From contig CAJVPI010000341.1 of NCBI GenBank assembly GCA_910592345.1, forward strand, positions 1 to 34,430: a stretch of DNA of 34,430 nt, written 5' to 3'. Shown in pieces: positions 10,275 through 21,601 of this stretch (positions within the stretch are counted from its first letter, which is position 1; each line of letters opens with the position of its first letter). The notes under the pieces were generated by a model. It made no database searches. It saw nothing but the letters and a program-made list of their open reading frames with translations, and had not been told where the DNA came from. Position numbers and translations under genes: made by a program. Source of the stretch: Paraglomus brasilianum (taxonomy: Eukaryota).

Positions 10275-11680
10275 ATGGCTACTCATGAAATCATCGAAGT
10301 TGTAGAATCACCAAATTCGAGCCGCGATCTTTCCTTTTGGCGCAATCCTTCACATTATATTCGTTCATCTGCCAAAGAAAGAGCCTTGGATATAAAGAAG
10401 AATGCCTCCCTATCGGAATTAAGTGGTAGTCTAGGCGATCTCGGTACATTACTCCCAATCTTAGTAGCTCTTTCAATTACCGGTCAAGTTTCTTTGACAG
10501 CATCGCTTATATTCGGGGGTCTATGGAACATCACTAGCGGTTTGATGTTTCGAATACCCATGTGTGTTCAACCTATGAAAGGTAATGAACATATTTAGTA
10601 TTTTTTTTCTTCCATATGTTTTAAAATATTAACAATAATATCTATTTTACAGCTGTTGCAGCGGTGGCACTTTCGGCACATTTATCAATTGGTGAAGTCA
10701 TGTCGGCAGGCCTTGGCGTTGGATTTATGATATTCGCTCTCGGCATCACTAGAACTATCAAGGTCATTGAGAAGTTGACCCCCATTCCAATAATCAGAGG
10801 TATCCAGCTGGGAGCGGGCATAACGCTGATCATAAAAGCTGCTGATATGGTTCGAAAAAACGGTAGTTGGGGTGGTACTTTTTGGAAATGGAATGATAAT
10901 TATGAATGGGCTCTTCTAGCCTTCATATTCGTGTTTGTATTCTATTCATCTAAAAGAATACCAACTGCATTAATACTGTTCATTTTGGGGCTAACAATCG
11001 CCTTGGTAAAGGTCTTCAAATCTGGCATGACACCACCATCAGTCTCATTTAACTATCCCTCGACTGTGGTTCCAACTCTAGAAGAATTTAAAACTGGATT
11101 TCTTAGTGCATCTCTTGGACAACTTCCACTGACAGCTCTCAATTCTGTTATCGCATTGGCGGCGTTGGCTCATGATTTGTTCCCGGAACGGTCCTCATTG
11201 AATTATGTCGAAAAAATCTCAGTCTCTGTCGGTCTTATGAACATTATTGGATGTTTTTTCGGATCTATTCCATATTGTCATGGATCGGGTGGACTAGCTG
11301 GTCAATACCGCTTCGGCGCAAGATCCGAAGTCAGTGTTTTGGTTCTTGGATTGTTCAAAATGATCCTGGGAATTTTGTTTGGAAAGACTTTAACCAATCT
11401 TCTAGGGTTCTTCCCTAATTCACTTCTCGGGGTAATGCTCTTTGTTTCTGGAGCAGAATTAGCCTGTGCGGCACGAAATTTCATGGTCTCTGGTGATGAT
11501 GATGACGATGATGAGGCGAAAAAGAAGAATTTTACCCTAGTGATCGTAACAGCAGGATTATTGGTCGGTTTCCAAAACGATGGAATTGGATATATTGGTG
11601 GTATGGTGGTTAGCCTTTTATTCATTGTTATTCGCTTATTGATCCCCTCTGTTGCCAATACGACAGATTGTAAAAATTAA
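10275..11680 (+). CDS. Molybdate transporter, MOT1 family; exons 10275-10581 and 10653-11680
   Basis: Motifs ELSGSLGDLGTLLP, PMCVQPMK(A)VAAVA, IRGIQLGAG, GQLPLTALNSVIA, PYCHGSGGLAGQYRFGAR. The GT-AG intron joins the two ORFs in frame. Confidence 0.92.
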
Positions 11681-12112
11681 AATGTGTGTAATTGCTGTAT
11701 AAATAAACTGTTCATTTTGTAAAAGTGTCATCGGTTGGGGGTGTCTCGTTCACACATTTGAAGAAAGTTGCGATTTCTAAACCTGGCGTTCGAAAATAGA
11801 CAATCTTTTTTATTGATTATTTATGGGATGCACGTTGTTTATAAAATCGGCGATATAATAAAACCAGGTTTGGAATTCCGCTTTTAATGTGCACCAAAAA
11901 ATTCTAACCGCTACACTCCAAATTATAATTATCCATTTCTTTGTCCTCTCTGCATATTAAAATGCAGAATATTAAAAGTATGTTACACTCGAAAAACCGT
12001 AGCCTAAAATTTACATAATTGTATTACCCAAGTACATAGACTTGCAGCATCCTTTGCACAACTCGTTCACCATTGGGGTACTCCCTCCTCTCCCTCTTTA
12101 CCGTTCGTAGTC

Positions 12113-13334
12113 ATGGAAGTCCGTTTACTGACTTTTAATTTTTTCATGCGCCCGCCTCTCGTAAAGAACAATGCCAGCGACCACAAAGAAGCGAGACTTG
12201 CATACTTTATAAAGCATTGCTTGCACAAATACGACATAATATGTTTACAGGAAATGTTTGCTTTTGGCAGTAGCAGACGCGCGCGACTGTTGGAAGCTGC
12301 ATTCAAGGCAGGATTTAATTATTCTTGGGCCTCTCCGGCAAAGCGGCTCCTGAGTGGTTCCATTGACGGAGGTTTAATTATACTTAGCAGGTTTCCTATT
12401 AGAAATAGGGACTTTATTGTGTATCCCGTCGGCGTTTACAGCGATAGGTACGATATGCACAGGAAAATCTTTTTTGTTTTTAACCCAGGGTATCACTCTG
12501 GGACCCTAACAAACGTAGTCATCGCAACACGACCATAGATTCTCCGATAAAGGGGCACTGTACGCTCGTATCGAAGTGACCCCGATGCACGCTATACATC
12601 TCTTTATTACTCATACTCAAGCATCATACATGAGCTCACCTCCCGTGACGGAACCATCAGCTATAATTCGATACCAACAATTAGCAACGTTACGTAAATT
12701 CATTAACAAACACAAATCCATGCGTAAGCCAAACGAGGCTATTATTGTTGTAGGTGATCTGAATGTAAACGGTCGGCCTCCTTACGATCCAGCAAACCCC
12801 GCAAGTGCGACGGGTGATAGCGCCGAGTACAAGCTGATGATGAAAATATTGCGTGGTGAGGGTATAGATGCAAAGTTGATAGATCCAGGTTTACCTGATG
12901 ATGCTACTGAGCATATGAGATTTGTCGATTCGACCGTTGATATAAGAGATTTGTTAAAGGAAAGTTATTATAATCATCCGGTTACTTTTGGTGACATTAT
13001 GGTGGACGAAAATGGACATTTACAACCGAGAGAAACGGTGCTTGCTGCTAAACATGACTATTGTGCTATGGCGAGCTTGGATTATATCCTATCAATTGAT
13101 GAAAAGTCCAAGGGGGATGTAACAGGTGAAGCGCATTTTGTGTATGATATCGACAGGACAAAAATCGAGGAATTTTTCGTAAAGGGAGATTATCCGTTCA
13201 CACAGCTGTCTGGTGAGTACCGAGAGGATGTCGTTGCGTCGCTTTAGCCGATTATTGACTACATTGACACTTTCTCCAAAAAAGATCATTATGGGGCAAG
13301 CACAGTGTTGAAAGTTGTTGACGCAAACAAGTGA
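12113..13334 (+). CDS. Exonuclease/endonuclease/phosphatase (EEP) family protein, neutral sphingomyelinase-like; exons 12113-12447, 12539-13212, 13285-13334 (possible extra 5' exon from ATG 11962)
   Basis: EEP motifs LLTFN, DIICLQE, DGGLIILSRFPI, DKGALY, THTQA, GDLN, LDYI and a spliced SDHYG. Confidence 0.9.
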
Positions 13335-13698
13335 CAATCGACGTGTCAAATGTAGGATTATGAAATATTTCTACAATTTATTCTGATAGACGGGCGCTTT
13401 CGCTTTTTTTTAACATGTCATGCCCCTATAAAAGGGTTATTCAAATGTATCGTAGGAAATATGATACAGCTGTATTCTCAATAAGAATATATATATATGT
13501 ATAGAGATATATAGGTGTGTGCGTGTGAAATATATAGAAAGAATAAATATAATAATACAAATGAGACACTCTCAAAACAGTTCTAACAAACCATACAACC
13601 ATCGTAATCTCTATTATGTGAATAGAAATAAACCGGGGAAATAGTCAAAAGATTAATTAGAAAACACACACACACATATATTACTTTGTATTAGTAAT

Positions 13699-16655
13699 TT
13701 AGTCTGCTAACCAGTGCCCTCCTCTTTTAACGTATTTATCTATGAGTATCCCGAGATCTTTTACTACAAATCGACATATAACATTTCCAAAAAAGTCGGC
13801 TATCTTGTATAAACGAGTTACAATGTGTGTGTGATGGTGATGATAGGGTGCTTTGAATGAGGAGAAGTGGGTAATGTAGGTTTCTACAAACGGTTAATTT
13901 GTAAAATAAGTAATCAAACATTCTACAATAATTCAAGACGAAGTATCTCAAAATGTAACCTATACTCACCCACAACTTTAGCATTAGCAAATACTTTCAA
14001 TAAAATTTCTACATATGTATTAGTCTCGCTGCGTTTGTCAGACATTCGATCAAGTCGCTGACTTATTTTGTTGCCCCAGTTCATAATAGAGTTAGTACTC
14101 TGGCGACTCTTTCCATTTGTCGATTCTACATAACTGAGCTTACGAGCCAGAGTATTTTGGATAGTTTCAATGGTAGAATCGATAGAGTCCAATTCCTACA
14201 AAAAATGTTCAAGTTTAGCGTAATTCAAGTATCACAGGACAGTTCATAAAGTTGACCATGTCACCAACAACAGCAAGCGCTATCTCACACAAGTTTCCCT
14301 CTTTTATACACCTTCCTCAACATCCGCCCAACTAACCTTGACAAGACCATCCATATCGTGAACAGGAATCTTTTCCAGCCTCAACAAACAGTTATATATA
14401 ATGTCACAACTAGAAACTTTTGCTTCTATAGCGGAAAACTTGACAGTTGCTTGAGCCCAAACACGATTAGGAACATACAGCTTCTCGGTTAAATATCCTC
14501 CACTCGCCATTGTACGCCCCAACAGCCGCATCAACCAAAATGGCCTCATATGTACATCATCCGGCGGTGATTCTGGTGGTGCATTCTGCCCCGCCATATG
14601 AATACCCGAGTCCTCAGAATACAACGATGAATAACTTGCATCGTATACTCTTGCGGAGTCTGACCTATTCAGTCCCGGACTAAACATTGGACTAGAAAGC
14701 GCCGGCGACTGCACATTAAAACCCGAGACCCACGGCGAAGTTGGCGAATTCGATGCTACAGTTGGAGATCCGGGCAGAGTCGATAAATGTGGATTAAACC
14801 GCAAGCCATTACTGCCTTTTCGCGATTGACCAGGATTTGAGGCCGATCGTCTGGGCGGACCAGGACTCGATGGGGTTGTAGTATCTTGGCTCGATGCTAC
14901 ACGAGTAAGTACTATGCGAGAGTTGATTTGTTTTTCTTGCGTCAAGGGAAGGGGTCCTGGCCGTCGGCTTGCAGGTGACTCTTTACTAAACACTTTATTT
15001 ATGACTACATTTGTAGGGGATGCTTTCGAACGTGTTTTGGTTGGTAACGGGGGACTAAAAACATCGCCATTCGAGTCTTGATGCTGGCTTGCTAATAGGT
15101 TGGGTTCTGACTTGGATGAAATCGGTAATGGTTTTGGTGAGGGACTAGCTCTGGCTGAGGGTGATTTTTTCTCTAATGTCTCCCCCCCTGGCGGCGGCGG
15201 AACTGATGGTGGGTCAGGAGGCAGAAACGTTGGACTAGAGACCTTGGGTTTTACATAAACAGTTTCAGGTTGAAGCGTTTTAAGTTGTGTGGGTTTTGGT
15301 GGATCTCCCTTTGGGGGTGGTGGAATTAGAATACGCGGAGAGTTTATTGATGAAGAACGCTTCTGTTCGCCAGAAATTATCGACTGATATAATTGTTGTT
15401 TGTATGACATTGAATTGCCATTTGAATTCGTATCGATCCTTGTTGGATCACTCTTGCTTTTTACATGCTTTATAATAATTTCTTCATCCCTGATAAGCTG
15501 CCCATATACATCGTACTGATCTTCCGATCCCGACCCAATATCAGATAGACTCATTGACGATTCGTTTCCTTCTGTAGATTCTGCAGGTGATTTTGGTCTT
15601 TCTGCAGCTGATTCGTAATCTGAATGAGGGGGAGTTGTCTTATCCGACATGAACGATTTTCTCGAGTTCCACGATCTTGTCGTTGATATTGAAGACGTTG
15701 ATTTTTTTCTTGTTGGTCTTGTCTTTTGTATAGATTCTGGATCATTCGCATTAAACGTAATACCGTTAACGTTCGTTACATCAACATGACTTGGATCATC
15801 TATTTGGCTTGAATTAGTATGTTGGAGTACTTTTGCCTTCTTCTGAGTTGCCTTGTCCAGAACATCGATCTGCTTTTTATGATCAGAAGGATTATTTTTG
15901 CGCTTGTCCACTGTTCTAGAATTAATCACTGGCTGTGGACTAGTTCCTGGTTCTGTGCAGCTAGCACTCCGTTGCCTAGTATGATTACTATTGCGTGTAT
16001 CGCTGTTTGGACCATTCTCCGAGTTAATTACGTCTTCATTAGCGGGAGGGACAATAGTTGAGAGTAGTTTGATTCGTTCGGCATATGTGTCGTGCTGGAA
16101 TAAAAGGTCAACCGAACAAGACGTTAATTGATTGTTCGAAACACTAGTTATAAAATGATCATATATATGCAATCTTTTATCATTCACTTTGCGCCTCTAA
16201 CGCCCAACACCCAATAAGCGTCAATTCACTCGTAACAATTTCTATATATACCCAAATCGATCTTACGATTGGAAATAACGACTCAATGCGCATAGAGAGT
16301 AATCAAACTATCATAAAATAATGTCAAGACAGGAATAACTCACAATATTCTGTAACCTTTGGCGATCAGCTTCATTAGCAGCCTTGTCTATTACTTGCGA
16401 TAACAGCCTTACGGTCTGCTTGTATGCGGCTAACGCAGCGGCTACATTATTGGCAGAGTCTAATAGCACAGCAGACTGAGCCTTCTGTAGCGCTATCGTG
16501 AGTATTGATTTGGAATGCGCACGAGGTGACGGAGGAGGCTGTTGTATTGAGGAGTTGGCAGAATTCCCCGGTTCGGTCGTTTTGGAAAGAGTTCTCGAGT
16601 TTGTGGTAGTGGTAGTTAGATGACGGGATGTAGAGTTTGTAGCTGGAGTAGACAT
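13699..16655 (-). CDS. MIT-domain protein with long Pro/Ser-rich disordered centre and conserved fungal C-terminal domain; exons 16655-16344, 16094-14337, 14195-13970, 13883-13699
   Basis: MIT helix bundle ALQKAQSAVLLDSANNVAAALAAYKQTVRLL...RLQNI|HDTYAERI; C-terminal RPFWLMRLL...GGYLTEKLYVP and ICRFVVKDLGILIDKYVKRG. Canonical splice sites keep the frame. Confidence 0.88.
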
Positions 16656-17219
16656 GAAGAAATAATTGACTAGAAAGGAAGAGTGGGATATTACGTTGTA
16701 GTTTTATGATTTTTATTAGTTGTCAAGAGAAAGTTAAGCGTCAGAGACTGAAAACAGCAGATGGGAGCGTGAATATTTGGATTTTTGTCGAATGCTTCTT
16801 AGTCGGCATTGCAAGATTCTAATATGGCTTTCATTTGACAGTATTTACTATTAAGACGAGTTGAGCGACTGTTTACGTATTGATTGGTTGTGTGTTACCG
16901 AAACCATTATTTTGAATCACGAGCAAGTAAGAACATTATCTGTGTATATGCATTGTTGAGTTTATTATCAAGTAAATATAGTATTTGGCATGCCGCTTAG
17001 TTTACAATTAGTAATTTATAATATGTGTTTGCTTACCTGTTTCCTTATTTGACTTTTGTAAGAGTTCTCGAGTGTGACAAGCTTGCTCGTGATATTTAGA
17101 AATACGTAATTATTAAAATTTATTTTAAGTCTACTTTTGGTCAGAAAACATTGACTAAGCTGTCGTTCACATGTTTGTTCACAGACATTTATTTTTACTG
17201 CTAATTGTTTGGTATTGGT

Positions 17220-18753
17220 TTATAGGTGGTCCCGTTTCTTTGCTGTGCGTTGATATGGACGCAGTACCCATTCTGTATCTGCTACTTTGAGATCGACTGT
17301 GCCAAGCTTAATCTCGTATACTAGTTATGGTTGTTTGGCCATGGTCAAGCGATAACGATCAGAATATGGATGATATGTTGTAAACAGTTGATAATAGTAA
17401 CTAGATAACTTACGTCTCATTTCAAATCGAGGACCAACCTCAGCCAATTGAACGTTTTTATGACTTGTCTTGATGAATACATGATGTCTGATAAAATATA
17501 AACGAGATAATGCTTGTGAGTTTCATAAATGTTACAAATCCACCAACTTTTCTTGCTCTCCACTGTCTGAAGGTCACCTGAATGATATGTAATCATTTTC
17601 ATTGGCAAACGTCATAACGCGTTTGCTGTCTTCCCTTGGCACTGGAAATAGATATTTCAGTACACTCATTACCTACAATTGAATGAATGCAATCATCAGA
17701 AAATTGAGCCAATTAATTGACAGATAACAGAATGAACAATTTACCCTGTTTCCTAATTTGGTGTTAAAATTATGAAATACGAGATGAGGATAGGCTTCTG
17801 AGACTGTGCCTTGGTCTCTGATGTCGTGTCTCAACACAACATTATGTAAACTGAAAAAGGCTGTCGGTCCATAAGGAAAATGACAGACGATCATTCCAAC
17901 TTTTTAAAAGCAGTGTAGTTAGTTCAATATCCAATTGATGCTAATATGCGATATATGCGATATACAATATAATGTCTACCTGGTTCACCACGATGTTCGT
18001 GAAGAATGATCAAGTCGGTGACATCGTTGGATTTGCATGCATCCACGATATCCTTTAATATGTAATTACCACGATTTATTCTTTGCGAATTTGGGAAAAT
18101 AAATCTCACTTCCTAGTTTTCAAGTGATCCGAAGATGATTACGTTTGTTAAGCAAGTTCGTTAATGCATCATAAAATTGAAAAATGAGCATATTCTAACC
18201 TTTGCAAATTGTTGAAGCCTACTACTGGGATCTCGTGAAGTAGTAATCAAAACCTTAGGATCGTAGATTCCGGCGCGTGCATATTCGTCATCAATGTGAG
18301 TAGATGGCTCTACAAGTAGTAGAATAAGTAAGAAATCCAGTGTCATAACGCAAAGCATAACGCAAAGCAGACATTTATCGATCAAATCTCAACCTGTTTG
18401 TGCTTCATCAAAATGTAGTTCCTTTTGTAACTGTGCGGCATCATTCCTTAGTTCAGTAGGAATAGGTTTCCCTTCTATTATTATGTAGGTTTGTTAATAA
18501 TTGATCAAGCAAACTGTATACCAACAGAGACATTAGCATCATTTACAAATTAAGCGTGTTCGACGAAATGTAATAGACCTCTTATCGCTTCTTTAATTTT
18601 TTGCTTTCTTTCATATATTTGTCGCTCGTTTGTTTCGAGTGATTTACGATAAAGATATTCGCGGCGAAGGCGGGTTTGTCTTCGAATCTATGTCAAAGGA
18701 TGGGGTAAGACGGGTGTAGAAATTTGAACTAAAGCTTGGCATCAACACACCAT
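17220..18753 (-). CDS. IMP4: U3 snoRNP protein Imp4 (Brix domain), multi-exon; first coding exon is the ATG alone
   Basis: [87 protein letters not shown]-terminal [17 protein letters not shown]. Confidence 0.96.
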
Positions 18754-20352
18754 TTTTGTTTTAGGAAACTTGATATAGCAAGGATTGGCTTTGGTGGAAA
18801 AAACTCTCAACGAATCTTGAACGCCGAAGTTATTGAAGTTATTATTATGTAAAGAATTCTCTTGTCCAAAAAATATTTCGGAAAAGGTTTTGTACCACGT
18901 AATTTTTTCGACCAATGACGTTCAATATGTCGATCGTCACATTAAATGAACCGATTGTTAGCGTATTTTACCAACTTTAAAAGTTCTTGTGGGAAATTGA
19001 TACGGAAACCGAATACAACACCGCAGCGAATTGGGGTTCAACAATCACAATAGCCCCAAGTACAAGGAAGCATTAAAATTAGTCATAAAAATATTGGTTT
19101 ACATTTTGGGGTGTGTCCAAGTTCTTTTCTTTTTTTCATGCGCATTTACCGAAACATACAGCAGATGCTGTGTCTAATAGAAAAAATTTATATACTATGC
19201 ATTGTGTCCAATGAATGATCATCGAAAGTGAGCTTGTGAAAGCCTGTCCTCCAGCTCACTGTATTGTCTATTAATAATGCATCTATAAAATTAAATAATC
19301 GTTGCAACTATTACTAAATTTTTACTATACCGCTTTTCAGTCGACAACTACAAGTAAATATAAAGCAGATGTAGCTAATTCTTTGCTTGTGTCATAACGT
19401 TCGATAACACAGCACGGCAACCTTACGATTAGACAAAATTGGGTGATTCCGTGAAAGTTGATGTCAACAAATGGGTAGATCGTGATTGTTGAGCTTGGCT
19501 CTACCTTGTCCGAAAGATTATCATCATTGAGCCAACCTGTAGAGACTTGCAGCAAGCTGGTCTAATTGCAATGAATATGACTTTATGAAATAATATTATT
19601 TGATAGTGGTATTAAATTTAAGAAAGATAAGCACAAGAGATATAAAGGTCCAAAATGGTGAATTTTTAATTGAAACCTCCAATAACTATATGTAGCAATG
19701 TTGAACTTAAAAAAGCTGACAAGAATTAGACACAAGCGCGTTGAAATCAACTTTGTATAGCAGTGCGATATAAACGTAAAGAGCATTGTCATACTAATAC
19801 ACTTATTCTTGTCAAATTAATATTACTTGTTTAATTATTATTTAATTAATTATTTTTCATGTTGTTAAAGATAAAAAGGTTTATAAAATAAGCAGATACT
19901 TATTAAAAAATTCCGATAAATCCACAAAACTGTTGGTAACAAGAAATAAGAAAAGATGTCCAAACATTGTGAGCATTTACGCCGTGCTTACGAATTACAT
20001 TGTCCTTACTATTTAATAAACTTGTCAATATTATTTGTTATGTAGCTTAATGACGTTCCCAACAAATTATTATTATTTTTGTCCTGGCCGATCGGTTCTA
20101 ACAATTACAATAATTATTCAATAATTTTGTTTTGACTATAACAATAACACAAAAAAATTCTTTAAATCCGTGACACTAACGCTAAAATGTCACGTTTCTA
20201 ATCTCATGCAATGCATTGATCCAAATTTGGTAATCGACCTAAAGATGGAATAACAGCGAAATAATTACTTGTTATGACGAGTTCTACGGAACTGGGAAAA
20301 AATTTTAATTCTTATATAATTATTTAATAATTGGTTAGGAGTTCGTTTAATA

Positions 20353-20745
20353 TTAAGAAAACACATTCAGAATTTATAGATGAAGTACATAAAAAAGTTG
20401 CATCGTGGTTGGCTCGTACTTTTGATGTAATAATATTGCCAACATTTAATGTACACAGATGTCACGTCGCCGATGGGGAAGAAGACTTAACAATAGAATA
20501 GCTCGAAAAGATGATGAGTTGGGCCCATGCTAGATTTCGGAAATAATTGGTATCTAAGATGGAGGAATTTGACAAGATTGTTATAACATCGGTGTCGGAA
20601 GCCTATACTAATACAAGCAAACCATGCAGCGATTGTGTATTGTGAGAAATTTGGGTGGAAATAAAGAGTTTAGGTGCGATAAATGTGGGCTTCGGATTAA
20701 TAGGGTGCCCGGGGGATTTTTCTCCGGCAATTACTTGAAGTTTTA
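20353..20745 (+). pseudogene. Fanzor2 / IS607-TnpB-like RNA-guided nuclease, C-terminal RuvC-II/Zn-finger/RuvC-III remnant
   Basis: Joining frames gives LRKHIQNL/IDEVHKKVASWLARTFDVIILPTFNV/MSRRRWGRRLNNRIARK/MMSWAHARFRK*LVSKMEEFDKIVITSVSEAYTNTSKPCSDC/IVRNLGGNKEFRCDKCGLRINR/GARGIFLRQLLE. About 5 frameshifts and one stop (20544). Confidence 0.88.
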
Positions 20746-20749
20746 TGTC

Positions 20750-20804
20750 CTTTTATTAGTTACACCTACGATTGAACGCTAAAGGTGTACTGCACTAATA
20801 AAAG
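20750..20804 (+). other. Long hairpin directly after the Fanzor relic (candidate omega-RNA stem or element right end)
   Basis: cttttattagt (20750-60) pairs perfectly with actaataaaag (20794-804); tacacct (20761-67) pairs with aggtgta (20783-89). The hairpin is certain; its role is inferred. Confidence 0.55.
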
Positions 20805-21601
20805 CTGAAACATATTACATAGTTATAATTAAATATTAAAAAGTTAACTATAGACCTCTAGAAACCTGCTACAGGATAAACTAGGGAGTTAACCGGGCAT
20901 TGCTTGATGGAGTCCACATAACTATGTTGTTCAATGTTAGCAGTGTACGTTCTGCACACCCGATAAATTAGGCCAGAACATGGCTTTTCTATTGAATTTG
21001 TGAACTATTATCATTCACTTTGATGTGGTAGATACAGTATGTGCCTATGTAAGCAATATTGCACAAAGAAAGAATGCCTATCATTCGACTCTCAATGAAT
21101 AACTTTAATTCTGTATGACTTTTTTTTTGCCTTTTTGATATAAATTAGGCGATGAAACTGATAATTTATACAAATAGGTTTACGTACTCGTTATAAAAGA
21201 ACATGCATAGAGAATGGTTTCTGCTTACCAAATAGTGAATCTGTTAGTATGTTATGTTAGCACGAGAACCTATCCATAGTATCTGTTATTGATGTCCCAA
21301 AGAAATGCTGTTAGGTTGACTGTGCAACCGTTTTTAAAGCTTGGCGTTTGCACCACGTGTTTTGCATTATCAGTAATAAGGGGTTATCCAAATCCGGAAA
21401 GAAAGGGATTCACTGCCTGCCAAGTCAGCTTAATTAATTATGAACTGTATCCTAAAATATGCATAGTTTCTGTGCCTGTTAGTGGATCAGAGGGTCGTCA
21501 GTGGCACAGCATCTATATGTTACCCGATTTAATTACGTTTTCACAAATTTGTATTCTCACCCTGTAGATGGATACTCCACGCTTAATCATTTTTGATTAG
21601 A

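Noticed and set aside
19337..19555. Minus ORF faintly like a Crinkler N-terminal end (FCLIVRLP)
   Set aside because: No LFLAK/LWKV-type motif and no ATG start; too weak.
20206..20305. Possible RuvC-I relic of the Fanzor (CIDP ... TCYD ... ELGK in different frames)
   Set aside because: Spacing does not fit the DPG.RTF.T.Y motif and the matches are too short, so it is left out of the call.
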